Assembly: GCA_035271185.1 (NCBI GenBank)
Contig: DATERV010000174.1
Span: 7,707-71,706, forward strand
Source of the DNA: Lachnospiraceae bacterium
GTDB taxonomy: Bacteria > Bacillota > Clostridia > Lachnospirales > Lachnospiraceae
DNA: 64,000 nt
Direction: 5' to 3'
The stretch's first letter is position 1, and each line of letters opens with the position of its first letter. Shown piece after piece: positions 1 through 9,372 of the stretch. Below the pieces are notes generated by a model. That model saw only the letters and a list, made by a program, of their open reading frames with translations, was not told the origin of the DNA and did not search any database. The position numbers and the translations under genes were made by a program.

Positions 1-1935
1 TGAAAGCTCATGATTTTTCTTGTAAAATTGAATGTAGTCAAAATATTCGCTGGTCAGTGAACGGTCAGAAATATCATTCCAGCGCGCTCCCTGAACCCGT
101 TTGCACATCTCCCAACGATATTCACCGGCTAATCTGGCAACTGCTGTATCCAGATTCTCTAAATAGATAATGGGAAGCATCATTCTTGCAGAAGTAGTAC
201 GCTTTCGTCCTTCTATTTCCTGCCACATGACACTACGGGTACCGACACAGGGCGTAAGCAGGATATCAGGCATCACTTCCATATGGAAATACTCTTTTTG
301 AATGCCTACCGGTACATTGGAGTAAACGTATTCTCTATAAAAAACACTGTAGTCCTGGTCAATTACGTTTTTTAGTGCTTCCTGCAAAGCGTTTACAGAA
401 ACCATGGACATATCCAGCTGCTTAAGTACATTATGTTCAGAGAATACCGGACAGAATGTGGAAATGCGTCCATAGGTCATTTTGTTGACAACAGGGAACA
501 TATTTTGTAGCTCATATTCCACCTTTTTCCGCATATCATGGGCAAGAGTCGCCTCTTCCTTACCAGTTATCTTTCCGGTAACTTTCAGCGAATGAATATA
601 TTCCGTATAGTCTACATCAAATTCATTTCTACTGGGCTCTTTTTTCCCCTTATAGATGGCTAAAAGCCAATCATAAATGGTATAAATATGTTCATGAGCT
701 TCGCCGGAAAGAAGCTCGGCCATATGACTCAGATAAATCGCATTGTCTTCTCCAGCAAGCTGTTCATCCACATATCCGAAATACAGAAACATTCGGACAG
801 GAAGAGGAATATCGTTGTCACGAATAGCTTGAAAGAAAACAAGTTTGTATAACTCATAAAACTGTTTCGTGATATGTAGTCGTAAGGAACGGGAGTTATC
901 ATCTATGGCATTCTTATCTGATTCAGCTCTATATTTCGTTATCAGTTTTTTGAACATAGAACAAAAATCTTCGTCTGCAACAGCATAACTGAGTATGGTC
1001 TGGAGAGAACCAGTCAGGAGTGCAAGACCGGTATGTTTTTGTTTACTTGTGTGCTCGTCACCATTATTCTTGGTAGGAAGGAGATTTATACTGTTCTTAA
1101 AATCAGTAAAGCGTTGGGTAAATACCGCCTTATCTATGTAAGGAGAATTTGTTACCAGTTCCATGAAATGGTTAATCGTATGATATATTTTACCGGAATC
1201 AGAGGAATTGGAACCCAGCTTTAAATAAAGAGAGGAATAGATGTCAAAAAGGTCCTCTAAATCTTCGTTGATCAAAACATGAAGAATCTGCTTTTGGTAT
1301 TCACTCAATGCCTTTAGAGAAGCCATTATTTTAGTGATATCCATACATGCACCGGCAATCAGACCTGTGGGAACACTATTATCCTTAGCAATGACAGATA
1401 AGCCGTTATCTGATAAAATCTGATGAAATCCATCATAATAAGAAGGTGCCCAGGGCTCCAAACTACAATCCTCATTGTAAGAAGACAGCTCGGATATTTC
1501 TGAAAGAATACGCGGCCTTAACTGATGACGCAGACAGCAAGACTGATAGAACTCATATTCCTGAATGCAGTTGGTATAAAGATCACTGCAGTAGAATTGT
1601 ACAACCTCCAGCTGCTGTATGAGGTTATTTATCTGACGAAAAGCGGATCTTAAAAAAATCATACTGTAGTCTGGACTTGTTTTGAAGAGAGCATTTAAGG
1701 AATCTATGTCAGAAACGGAACATACAAGTAGTGAGGAATCCTCCAGTGCTTTACAGGATGTACTATGGATATCCATACAGAGATCACAGATACCGCACAC
1801 TTCACCTTTCCCAATGATATATGCCCCACCAGGAAAGGATACTGAAAAGCTACCTTTCAGTATGAGGTAAAGCTGGGAAACAGGATGCTCCGCTTCATAT
1901 AGAGTCTGGTTTTTGGAAATGGTAATAACTGCCAT
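1..1935 (-). CDS. Hypothetical protein with N-terminal cyclic-nucleotide-binding-like (Crp-type) domain; C-terminus runs off the window
   Basis: Absent from the supplied ORF track because it is open to the window edge. My own reverse-strand translation is open for 645 codons, from ATG (complement of 1935-1933) to position 1. It begins MAVITISKNQTLYEAEHPVSQLYLILKGSFSV...GKGEVCGICDL. GGAGG (complement of 1941-1945) lies 5 nt upstream. The first ~100 aa resemble a cNMP-binding beta-barrel; I recognise no motif in the rest. Confidence 0.75.
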   Translation of the reverse strand, partial: MAVITISKNQTLYEAEHPVSQLYLILKGSFSVSFPGGAYIIGKGEVCGICDLCMDIHSTSCKALEDSSLLVCSVSDIDSLNALFKTSPDYSMIFLRSAFRQINNLIQQLEVVQFYCSDLYTNCIQEYEFYQSCCLRHQLRPRILSEISELSSYNEDCSLEPWAPSYYDGFHQILSDNGLSVIAKDNSVPTGLIAGACMDITKIMASLKALSEYQKQILHVLINEDLEDLFDIYSSLYLKLGSNSSDSGKIYHTINHFMELVTNSPYIDKAVFTQRFTDFKNSINLLPTKNNGDEHTSKQKHTGLALLTGSLQTILSYAVADEDFCSMFKKLITKYRAESDKNAIDDNSRSLRLHITKQFYELYKLVFFQAIRDNDIPLPVRMFLYFGYVDEQLAGEDNAIYLSHMAELLSGEAHEHIYTIYDWLLAIYKGKKEPSRNEFDVDYTEYIHSLKVTGKITGKEEATLAHDMRKKVEYELQNMFPVVNKMTYGRISTFCPVFSEHNVLKQLDMSMVSVNALQEALKNVIDQDYSVFYREYVYSNVPVGIQKEYFHMEVMPDILLTPCVGTRSVMWQEIEGRKRTTSARMMLPIIYLENLDTAVARLAGEYRWEMCKRVQGARWNDISDRSLTSEYFDYIQFYKKNHELS

Positions 1936-2057
1936 AGGCCCCTCCTAATAGTTAATATACATTTTACTACATTATAGACTTAGATTTGTATAAAAACAAC
2001 AGATTGACAACGGTTAAGTAACATAATATCGTCATTATATGAACAAAAGTCACAAAA

Positions 2058-2630
2058 ATGAATCTTTTCAAGAAAGAGTTACTGTACATTTTAGGAAATT
2101 ATGGTAAAATGAAAATACATGAGTGTCATTTTTTATGGGGGTACTTGCATATGGAACAGGATTTGGACTATAGACATAAACTGGTTAGGCGCATAAAGCC
2201 TGAAGTGGAACCATTGTTTCGGTATTTACCATGGCTAGAAGCCAAGGAAGGTCAAATGGTTAGTTCTACATATACTGCAAACGATGTATCAACATATTCC
2301 ATTCCGTTTCCCGTATACGATTCTACTCTGTTAAGTTTTATAAAAGAGGTACAAAAGAGCAGTCTGACAGATAAAAATTATGTATATATATATACACGTC
2401 ACCGAATGAAAACCACCGAGGAGGAAAGGGCCCACATTGAAAATGTGACCATTACAAATCTGGAAATTCTCACGGGAGTTTTATCAAAATATATTTTAGG
2501 TGGAATGACCAAGGGATGGGTTTGGTCACAGGCTGTACAGGATGGCATTTTCCTTGCGATTTTGAGAAAGTTTCAAACGTTGTTTGAGTTATGGGATCAG
2601 CCAGAGGTAAAATTGGGAAAACAGGAGTAG
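2058..2630 (+). CDS. Hypothetical protein (190 aa)
   Basis: ORF track. The stop lies 6 nt before the TetR start, suggesting co-transcription. No clear SD and no recognised motif. Confidence 0.55.
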   Translation: MNLFKKELLYILGNYGKMKIHECHFLWGYLHMEQDLDYRHKLVRRIKPEVEPLFRYLPWLEAKEGQMVSSTYTANDVSTYSIPFPVYDSTLLSFIKEVQKSSLTDKNYVYIYTRHRMKTTEEERAHIENVTITNLEILTGVLSKYILGGMTKGWVWSQAVQDGIFLAILRKFQTLFELWDQPEVKLGKQE

Positions 2631-2636
2631 GTACAT

Positions 2637-3221
2637 ATGGGTGAAAAATCGTTGCAAAAGAAAAGATATATATTGGAGACTGCCAGAACCGTTTTCATGG
2701 AAAAGGGTTATAAAAATGTTACCATGAAGGATGTTGTGGAAGCCTGCAATATCAGCCGAGGTGGTCTGTATCTCTATTTTGGAAGTACGGGTGAGATATT
2801 TATGGAAGTTCTGAAAATGGAAACAGAAGAAGCAGATGATGTTTTTTCTGACAGAATTACAGAAGATGCAACCATTGCAGATATACTCACTTTGTTTCTG
2901 AAAGAACAAAAAAAGGAGCTGCTAAGAAAGAAAAACAATCTGACGGTAGCAACTTACGAGTTTTATTTCGGAGAAACGATACCTAAAAAGAATAATATCC
3001 TAAAACAGCAGTTTGACGCAGCAGTTAAGATTTTAGAGAAGTTAATTGAAGCTGGTGTGACTAATGGCGAATTTATCTGTGATGACTGTCTAGTTACCGC
3101 CAGAAATATCATGTTTGTGCTAGAGGGATTAAAGATTGCTGCTCATACCATAGGTGTAACAACGGATATGGTGGATGAAGAATTAATCTTAATTTTAAAA
3201 GGGTTGAATATAGAAGAATAA
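2637..3221 (+). CDS. TetR/AcrR family transcriptional regulator
   Basis: N-terminal TetR HTH signature (KRYILETARTVFMEKGYKNVTMKDVVEACNISRGGLYLYFGS), ~190 aa, helical C-terminal domain. Confidence 0.9.
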   Translation: MGEKSLQKKRYILETARTVFMEKGYKNVTMKDVVEACNISRGGLYLYFGSTGEIFMEVLKMETEEADDVFSDRITEDATIADILTLFLKEQKKELLRKKNNLTVATYEFYFGETIPKKNNILKQQFDAAVKILEKLIEAGVTNGEFICDDCLVTARNIMFVLEGLKIAAHTIGVTTDMVDEELILILKGLNIEE

Positions 3222-3235
3222 TGGAATCAAAAGCG

Positions 3236-3264
3236 CTTCAGGGAGAATACCCTGAAGTTTTTTT
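3236..3264 (+). terminator. Rho-independent terminator after the TetR gene
   Basis: Stem CTTCAGGG (3236-3243), loop AGAATA, stem CCCTGAAG (3250-3257), then a T7 run. Confidence 0.8.
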
Positions 3265-3402
3265 GTAAAAGCAGATTTTTACGATGATTGCAGTGTGCAT
3301 GATAAACGGTGTAAAAACAAAGAAAATTTGTTATAATGTCACATTGCAAGGTGGAAAAAGGTCTTGTATAATAAAGCAAACTGAATTCATTTGGAGGATG
3401 TC

Positions 3403-6400
3403 ATGGAGAGTGTAAAGCGTATCTATGTAGAGAAGAAAGAACCTTTTGCGGTAAAGGCAAAGGAACTTCATGAGGAGTTTAAGAATTACCTGGGTATAAC
3501 CGGCATTGTGCAGGTTCGCGAACTGATTCGGTATGATGTGGAGAATATATCCGATGAAACTTTTGAAAGTGCATGCAAAACTGTGTTTTCCGAACCACCT
3601 TTGGATGATTTATATCTTGAAAAGATAAGCCTTAAGCCAGGTGATAAAGTTTTTAGTGTGCAATTTTTACCGGGGCAGTTTGATCAACGCGCAGATTCAG
3701 CCGTACAATGCGTGAAGTTTCTGAAAGAGGATGAAGATCCTATTATCAGAACAGCAGTTACTTATGTGATTTCAGGTGACATTTCCGAAGAAGAATTCGA
3801 TAAAGTGAAAGCATATTGCATTAATCCTGTTGATTCCAGAGAAACCGGCATGGTAAAGCCATCTACTCTTAAGACTGACTATGAGGAACCAGAGGATGTA
3901 ATTGTTTTTAATGGGTTTATCCAAATGCCTGAAGCAGAACTGAAGAATTTGTATGATTCACTTGGGCTTGCTATGACATTCATGGATTTCAAGCATATAC
4001 AGAACTATTTTACACAGGAAGAACACAGAGATCCTACCATGACCGAAATACGTGTATTGGATACCTATTGGTCAGATCACTGCCGTCATACCACTTTTTC
4101 CACAGAGCTAAAGAATGTGGAATTTGAAGAAGGGTATTATAGAGAACCGATTGAAACAACTTACCAGAGTTACTTAGATACCAGAGAAGAAGTTTTTCAA
4201 GGCAGAAAGGATAAATTTGTATGCCTGATGGACCTTGCCCTGATGGCTATGAGAAAACTGAAAAGAGATGGTAAGCTTGAGGATATGGAGCAATCTGACG
4301 AAATCAATGCCTGCTCCGTAATCGTTCCTATTGAAATGGAGTATGGGAATGAGAAGAGATCTGAAGAGTGGCTGGTATTCTTCAAAAATGAGACACACAA
4401 TCATCCTACAGAGATTGAACCTTTTGGTGGGGCAGCTACCTGTCTGGGTGGTGCTATCAGAGATCCCCTTTCAGGACGGGGATATGTTTACCAAGCCATG
4501 CGTGTAACAGGTGCTGCGGACCCTACAGTACCGGTAGCAGAGACACTGCGTGGTAAGTTGTCTCAGAAAAAGCTGGTAAGAGGCGCAGCTGCTGGTTATT
4601 CCTCTTATGGCAACCAGATTGGTCTGGCAACCGGTTTTGTCAAGGAAATATATCATCCTAATTATGTGGCAAAGAGAATGGAAATTGGTGCAGTCATGGG
4701 TGCGGCACCAAGAGAAAATGTGATTCGAGAGACCTCTGATCCAGGAGATATTATCATATTGTTAGGTGGCCGAACAGGACGTGATGGCTGTGGCGGTGCA
4801 ACCGGCTCCTCCAAGGTGCATACAGATACCTCCATAGAAACCTGTGGTGCTGAAGTACAGAAAGGGAATGCCCCTACTGAAAGAAAGATACAGAGGTTAT
4901 TCAGAAGAGAGGAAGTCAGCCGTCTGATAAAGAAGTGTAATGATTTCGGTGCAGGTGGTGTTTCTGTCGCAATCGGAGAGCTCGCAGACGGGCTTGTTGT
5001 GGATTTGGATAAAGTACCTAAGAAATATGCAGGTCTGGATGGTACAGAACTGGCTATTTCAGAATCTCAAGAACGTATGGCTGTAGTTGTGGACAAGAAG
5101 GATGTGGATGTGTTCCTACAATATACAGCTGAAGAAAATCTAGAAGCAGTACCGGTAGCAGTTGTTACAAGTACACCTCGTCTTGTTCTTAACTGGCGCG
5201 GTAAAGATATTGTAAATATATCCAGAGCATTCCTGGATACCAATGGTGCTCATCAGGAAACCACTGTCAAAGTTGATATTCCTGCAAAAGAGGATAATTA
5301 TTTCAATAAAAAAGCAATACCGCTTGTAGAAGAAAAGCTTAATAATGATGATAAATTGGGTGCCTGGACAGCCTTACTTGCTGATTTGAATGTATGTTCA
5401 CAAAAGGGTCTAGTCGAGATGTTTGATTCATCCATTGGAGCCGGAAGTGTGCTTATGCCTTATGGCGGGAAGTACCAGCTTACAGAGACCCAGACAATGG
5501 TAGCAAAATTACCTGTACTGCATGGCAGTACAGATACAGTCACCATGATGAGCTATGGATTTGATCCCTATTTGTCTTCCTGGAGCCCTTACCATGGTGC
5601 TGTTTATGCAGTCACCGAATCTATGGCAAAAATTGTTGCCACAGGTGGAGATTACAGACATATCAGATTTACTTTCCAAGAATATTTCAGACGAATGACA
5701 ACTGATCCACATAGATGGAGCCAGCCGTTTGCAGCACTGTTGGGTGCTTATGACGCACAGATAGGTTTCGGCCTTCCCTCAATTGGCGGTAAGGATTCCA
5801 TGTCAGGTACCTTTAATGATATCGATGTACCTCCTACACTGGTATCTTTCGCAGTAGATGTAGCAAAGTACAGTGATGTCATTACACCTGAATTAAAGAA
5901 TGCCGGAAATGCAATGGTTCGTTTTGTGGTAGAAAAGGATGATTATGATATACCCATATATAAAAAGGTAATGGAGATGTATGGTCATATCCATGAATTG
6001 ATTCAGAAGAAGGTAATCATATCTGCATATGCCCTGGATAGCAAGGGCCCAGCAGCGGCACTATCCAAGATGGCATTTGGTAATAAGCTTGGTATCAAAA
6101 TGGAGGAGAACCTCTCAGGGGATACCTTGTTTGGCAACGGACTTGGTGATATTGTAGCTGAAATAGAAAAAGACAAACTGGAACTTTTAGAGGATATGGA
6201 TGTAGAATATACCTTACTGGGGCATGTAACTGAAAAGCCTGCGATTGTATGGGGCACCATGGAATTTCCCTTGCCAGAAGCTATCCGTATTTGGAGTGGC
6301 ACTTTGGAAAAAGTATTTCCTACCAAAGCAGTTTTGGACACAACCAAGATAGAGTCCAAACTTTTCTCGGCAGACAAAGTTTATATTTGTAAAAACAAGG

Positions 6401-7203
6401 TTGCGGTACCTACCGTATTCATACCTGTTTTTCCGGGAACAAACTGCGAATACGACAGCAGAAAAGCGTTTGAAAGAGCCGGTGCTAAGGTGATTACCAA
6501 AGTGTTCAGAAATCTGAGTGCTGAGGATATCAGAAATTCTGTTTCAGCCTTCGAGAAAGCTATACAGGATTCACAAATCATTATGTTCCCAGGCGGATTT
6601 TCTGCAGGGGATGAACCGGATGGATCGGCTAAGTTCTTTGCTACAGCATTTCAAAATGAAAAGCTAAAAGAGGCTGTAAACAAATTACTATCAGAAAGAG
6701 ATGGATTGGTTCTTGGTATCTGCAATGGTTTCCAGGCACTGATTAAGCTGGGGCTGGTACCATTTGGTGAAATCACCGGACAAAATGAGGACTCTCCTAC
6801 ATTAACATTCAATACCATTAACCGTCACATATCCAAAATGGTATATACGAAGGTGGTTTCCAATCAATCCCCCTGGCTTAGTGGTGCAGTATTGGGACAA
6901 ACGTATTGTACACCTGCTTCCCATGGTGAAGGTAGATTTGTTGCTAAGAAAGAATGGCTGGATAAGTTGTTTAAAAATGGGCAGGTAGTAACACAGTATG
7001 TAGATATCCATGGAAATATTTCCATGGACGAAGAGTGGAATGTAAATGGTTCTTATTGTGCAATCGAAGGTATTTCTTCTCCTGACGGCAGATGCTTTGG
7101 CAAGATGGCACATGTTGAGAGAAGAGATAAAAAGGTAGCGATCAATATTTATGGAGAACAGGATCTGAAGATATTTGAAAGCGGTGTAGCATATTTTAAA
7201 TAA
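3403..7203 (+). CDS. purL: Phosphoribosylformylglycinamidine (FGAM) synthase, single-chain large form
   Basis: ~1266 aa with AIR-synthase-like repeats (DHCRHTTF, NHPTEIEPFGGAATCLGG, GGRTGRDGCGGATGSS). C-terminal glutamine amidotransferase with GICNGFQAL. The ORF track starts at TTG 3391, but GGAGGA (3393-3398) followed by ATG 3403 is the more plausible start. Confidence 0.95.
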   Translation: MESVKRIYVEKKEPFAVKAKELHEEFKNYLGITGIVQVRELIRYDVENISDETFESACKTVFSEPPLDDLYLEKISLKPGDKVFSVQFLPGQFDQRADSAVQCVKFLKEDEDPIIRTAVTYVISGDISEEEFDKVKAYCINPVDSRETGMVKPSTLKTDYEEPEDVIVFNGFIQMPEAELKNLYDSLGLAMTFMDFKHIQNYFTQEEHRDPTMTEIRVLDTYWSDHCRHTTFSTELKNVEFEEGYYREPIETTYQSYLDTREEVFQGRKDKFVCLMDLALMAMRKLKRDGKLEDMEQSDEINACSVIVPIEMEYGNEKRSEEWLVFFKNETHNHPTEIEPFGGAATCLGGAIRDPLSGRGYVYQAMRVTGAADPTVPVAETLRGKLSQKKLVRGAAAGYSSYGNQIGLATGFVKEIYHPNYVAKRMEIGAVMGAAPRENVIRETSDPGDIIILLGGRTGRDGCGGATGSSKVHTDTSIETCGAEVQKGNAPTERKIQRLFRREEVSRLIKKCNDFGAGGVSVAIGELADGLVVDLDKVPKKYAGLDGTELAISESQERMAVVVDKKDVDVFLQYTAEENLEAVPVAVVTSTPRLVLNWRGKDIVNISRAFLDTNGAHQETTVKVDIPAKEDNYFNKKAIPLVEEKLNNDDKLGAWTALLADLNVCSQKGLVEMFDSSIGAGSVLMPYGGKYQLTETQTMVAKLPVLHGSTDTVTMMSYGFDPYLSSWSPYHGAVYAVTESMAKIVATGGDYRHIRFTFQEYFRRMTTDPHRWSQPFAALLGAYDAQIGFGLPSIGGKDSMSGTFNDIDVPPTLVSFAVDVAKYSDVITPELKNAGNAMVRFVVEKDDYDIPIYKKVMEMYGHIHELIQKKVIISAYALDSKGPAAALSKMAFGNKLGIKMEENLSGDTLFGNGLGDIVAEIEKDKLELLEDMDVEYTLLGHVTEKPAIVWGTMEFPLPEAIRIWSGTLEKVFPTKAVLDTTKIESKLFSADKVYICKNKVAVPTVFIPVFPGTNCEYDSRKAFERAGAKVITKVFRNLSAEDIRNSVSAFEKAIQDSQIIMFPGGFSAGDEPDGSAKFFATAFQNEKLKEAVNKLLSERDGLVLGICNGFQALIKLGLVPFGEITGQNEDSPTLTFNTINRHISKMVYTKVVSNQSPWLSGAVLGQTYCTPASHGEGRFVAKKEWLDKLFKNGQVVTQYVDIHGNISMDEEWNVNGSYCAIEGISSPDGRCFGKMAHVERRDKKVAINIYGEQDLKIFESGVAYFK

Positions 7204-7217
7204 GATTGTCTAAAATA

Positions 7218-7251
7218 AAAAAGGAACAGGCCTTTTAGTCTGTTCCTTTTG
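7218..7251 (+). terminator. Rho-independent terminator after purL
   Basis: AAAAGGAACAG / CTGTTCCTTTT stem around a 10-nt loop, with T-rich 3' side. Confidence 0.8.
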
Positions 7252-7327
7252 TAATTGTTGCCTATTTAAGGCTTGTGCAATATAATGTACATGGATACAG
7301 ATTATTTGGAGGCAAAAACATATAGAT

Positions 7328-8635
7328 ATGAAAGATGAAAAAAAGAAAAACCAGGCAGTCTGGTATAAGCTGGATTTATCAGCCATTGTTTACCCTACTC
7401 TGCAACGGAAGGATTTTTCTTCTGTTTACAGGCTATCTGTACTGCTAAAGGATACGATTCTGCCTGATATACTACAAAAGGCTGTGGATATGACCATGCC
7501 TAGATTTCCTACCTATAAGGCTGCTATCAGAAAAGGTTTGTTCTGGAGATACTTAGAGCCTAATAACAGACCGGGTCCTTTTGTAAAGCCTGATATCAAA
7601 AACCCCTGTATGCCCATGCCATTTAGAGCCAATAACAGATATTTGATTCGAATTTATTATTATGGTAGTCGTATATCCTTAGAAGCCCATCATAGTTTAG
7701 GGGATGGTTCCGGCGGCATGTATGTTTTGCAGACCATAACAGCCGAATACTTAAAGCTGTTAGGCAATCAGATTGAATGTGGCGGATATGTACTCAACAT
7801 CAAGGATAATCCTGACCCGGGTGAGTTAGAGGATGCGTATTTGAAATATGCCAACTCTAAAGTCCGGCCTCCCAGACCGGGAGAGAAGACATATCGGGTG
7901 AGAGGTACCAGAGAACCCTTTTATACCCTAAACATTATTGATGGCATTATGTCGGTGAAGCAGATTCTGGCAGTTTCTAAGAAGTATAATGCAACTATGA
8001 CTGAGTACTTGAATGCAGTTCTACTATATGCACTCATGCAGAAACAGGAGAATAATTTTCTCTTTGGTCTTAAGCCTGTCAAAATTGCAATGCCGGTTAA
8101 CTTAAGAAGATTTTTCCCATCCAAGACACTTAGAAATTTCATTACCATGATTTACCCTGGTATTGATCCCAGGCTGGGAGAATATACTTTTGAAGAAATT
8201 GTGACACATGTACACAACTATATGAGATATTATATCAATGAAAAATTTTTAAGAGGTGATATTACCACCAATGCTACCACCCAGAGGAATCCAGTGATCC
8301 GTGTGATACCATTGTTCTTTAAGGATTTTGTGGTACGTACTTTTTATTCCAAAGTTCAGGATCGGAATTCATCTGCAGGTTTAACCAATATGGGTGCACT
8401 TACTGTTCCTGAAAGTATGAAGCCCTTTATTGAACGGTTTGACATATATATGGGACAACCCTTCTCAAGCAGAACAAATTGCGCCATTATCAGCTTCAAC
8501 GATGTTTTGACTATTAATTTTGCAAGTAGCATCGTGGAGGCTGATGTGGAGAGGTATTTTTTTAAGAAGCTGATTCAGGATGGTATCCACGTAAAAATAG
8601 AAAGCAACCGCGAAACAGCGGCAGAAGAAAGGTAG
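7328..8635 (+). CDS. HHxxxDG-motif acyltransferase (condensation/alcohol-acetyltransferase-like superfamily)
   Basis: 435 aa. Motif EAHHSLGDGSGG matches the HHxxxDG catalytic motif of CAT/condensation/WS-DGAT-type acyltransferases. No signal peptide. Confidence 0.7.
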   Translation: MKDEKKKNQAVWYKLDLSAIVYPTLQRKDFSSVYRLSVLLKDTILPDILQKAVDMTMPRFPTYKAAIRKGLFWRYLEPNNRPGPFVKPDIKNPCMPMPFRANNRYLIRIYYYGSRISLEAHHSLGDGSGGMYVLQTITAEYLKLLGNQIECGGYVLNIKDNPDPGELEDAYLKYANSKVRPPRPGEKTYRVRGTREPFYTLNIIDGIMSVKQILAVSKKYNATMTEYLNAVLLYALMQKQENNFLFGLKPVKIAMPVNLRRFFPSKTLRNFITMIYPGIDPRLGEYTFEEIVTHVHNYMRYYINEKFLRGDITTNATTQRNPVIRVIPLFFKDFVVRTFYSKVQDRNSSAGLTNMGALTVPESMKPFIERFDIYMGQPFSSRTNCAIISFNDVLTINFASSIVEADVERYFFKKLIQDGIHVKIESNRETAAEER

Positions 8636-8650
8636 AAGGGAGAAGCAATC

Positions 8651-9355
8651 ATGTCATATTGTGTTAACTGTGGTGTGGAATTGGAAGATACCATGAAAGC
8701 ATGCCCTTTATGCAATACATTGGTTATCAACCTAAGTGAAGTCATAAAGTGTAGTGAAAAATCCGCCTTTCCTAATGAGAAGGGACAGGTGGAAGTAGTT
8801 AAGAAGCAGGATTTTGCAATTTTAATATCCGTTATATTGATTGCAACCGGAGTAACCTGCGGGCTATTGAACCTTTTGGTGTTCAGACATACACAATGGT
8901 CTTTCCTCATTATTGGAGGATGTCTTTTATTGTGGGTGCTGTTTGTACCTGTCATAATTTATGAGAAGCTGTCGGTTTATTTTTCTCTGCTTTTTGATGG
9001 GTTTGCTATCGGGTTCTATCTGTATCTGATAACGTTTGTGACAAATCAGGACGACTGGTTTCTAGAACTTTCACTTCCTATCACAGCTTTGTTGGTTCTT
9101 ATTGCAGAAATTTTCACTCTTTGTGTCAAAATGCTACCGGTCACATTTCTAACAACGACTCTCTATGTTTTTACTTCCATAGGAGTTTTCTGTATAGGAC
9201 TTGAATTATTGATTGATCGGTTTTTGGGGTTGAAAGTACAGCTAATCTGGTCTGCTGTAGTACTGACAGTGTGTGTAATCATTGATATAACACTGATCAC
9301 CCTGATTTCACGTTCCAGATTGCGGAATGCTGTACGCAGAAGACTGCATTTTTAA
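8651..9355 (+). CDS. Membrane protein with N-terminal zinc ribbon
   Basis: CVNCG...CPLCN zinc ribbon followed by ~5-6 hydrophobic helices. SD GGGAGA upstream. I recall such proteins being annotated as a DUF (DUF6320) next to the acyltransferase family, but I cannot verify that here. Confidence 0.7.
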   Translation: MSYCVNCGVELEDTMKACPLCNTLVINLSEVIKCSEKSAFPNEKGQVEVVKKQDFAILISVILIATGVTCGLLNLLVFRHTQWSFLIIGGCLLLWVLFVPVIIYEKLSVYFSLLFDGFAIGFYLYLITFVTNQDDWFLELSLPITALLVLIAEIFTLCVKMLPVTFLTTTLYVFTSIGVFCIGLELLIDRFLGLKVQLIWSAVVLTVCVIIDITLITLISRSRLRNAVRRRLHF

Positions 9356-9372
9356 CGCAGAGGGGAATGAAT

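Noticed and set aside
2383-2394. (TA)6 microsatellite as a possible phase-variation site
   Set aside because: It is short, lies in-frame within the 190-aa ORF (encoding YVYIYT), and has no poly-N tract near a start codon or promoter. This is most likely compositional.
3265-3402. Possible purine or ZTP riboswitch upstream of purL
   Set aside because: I looked for the conserved purine-riboswitch junction and loop sequences and for the ZTP (pfl) GGGUCGUGAC...CCGCCUGGGC-type core, and found neither. The region contains only -10-like boxes (TGTTATAAT, TTGTATAAT). A covariance-model scan would be needed to exclude them formally.
6003-6377. 124-aa antisense ORF inside purL. Similar long antisense ORFs occur at 8575-8955, 13518-13889, 28397-28867, 34967-35338, 45049-45444 and 47435-47797.
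   Set aside because: Each is fully embedded opposite a well-supported gene with strong motifs. They have low-complexity or Ser/Leu/Ile-rich composition and no SD. This is typical of shadow ORFs in an AT-rich genome.
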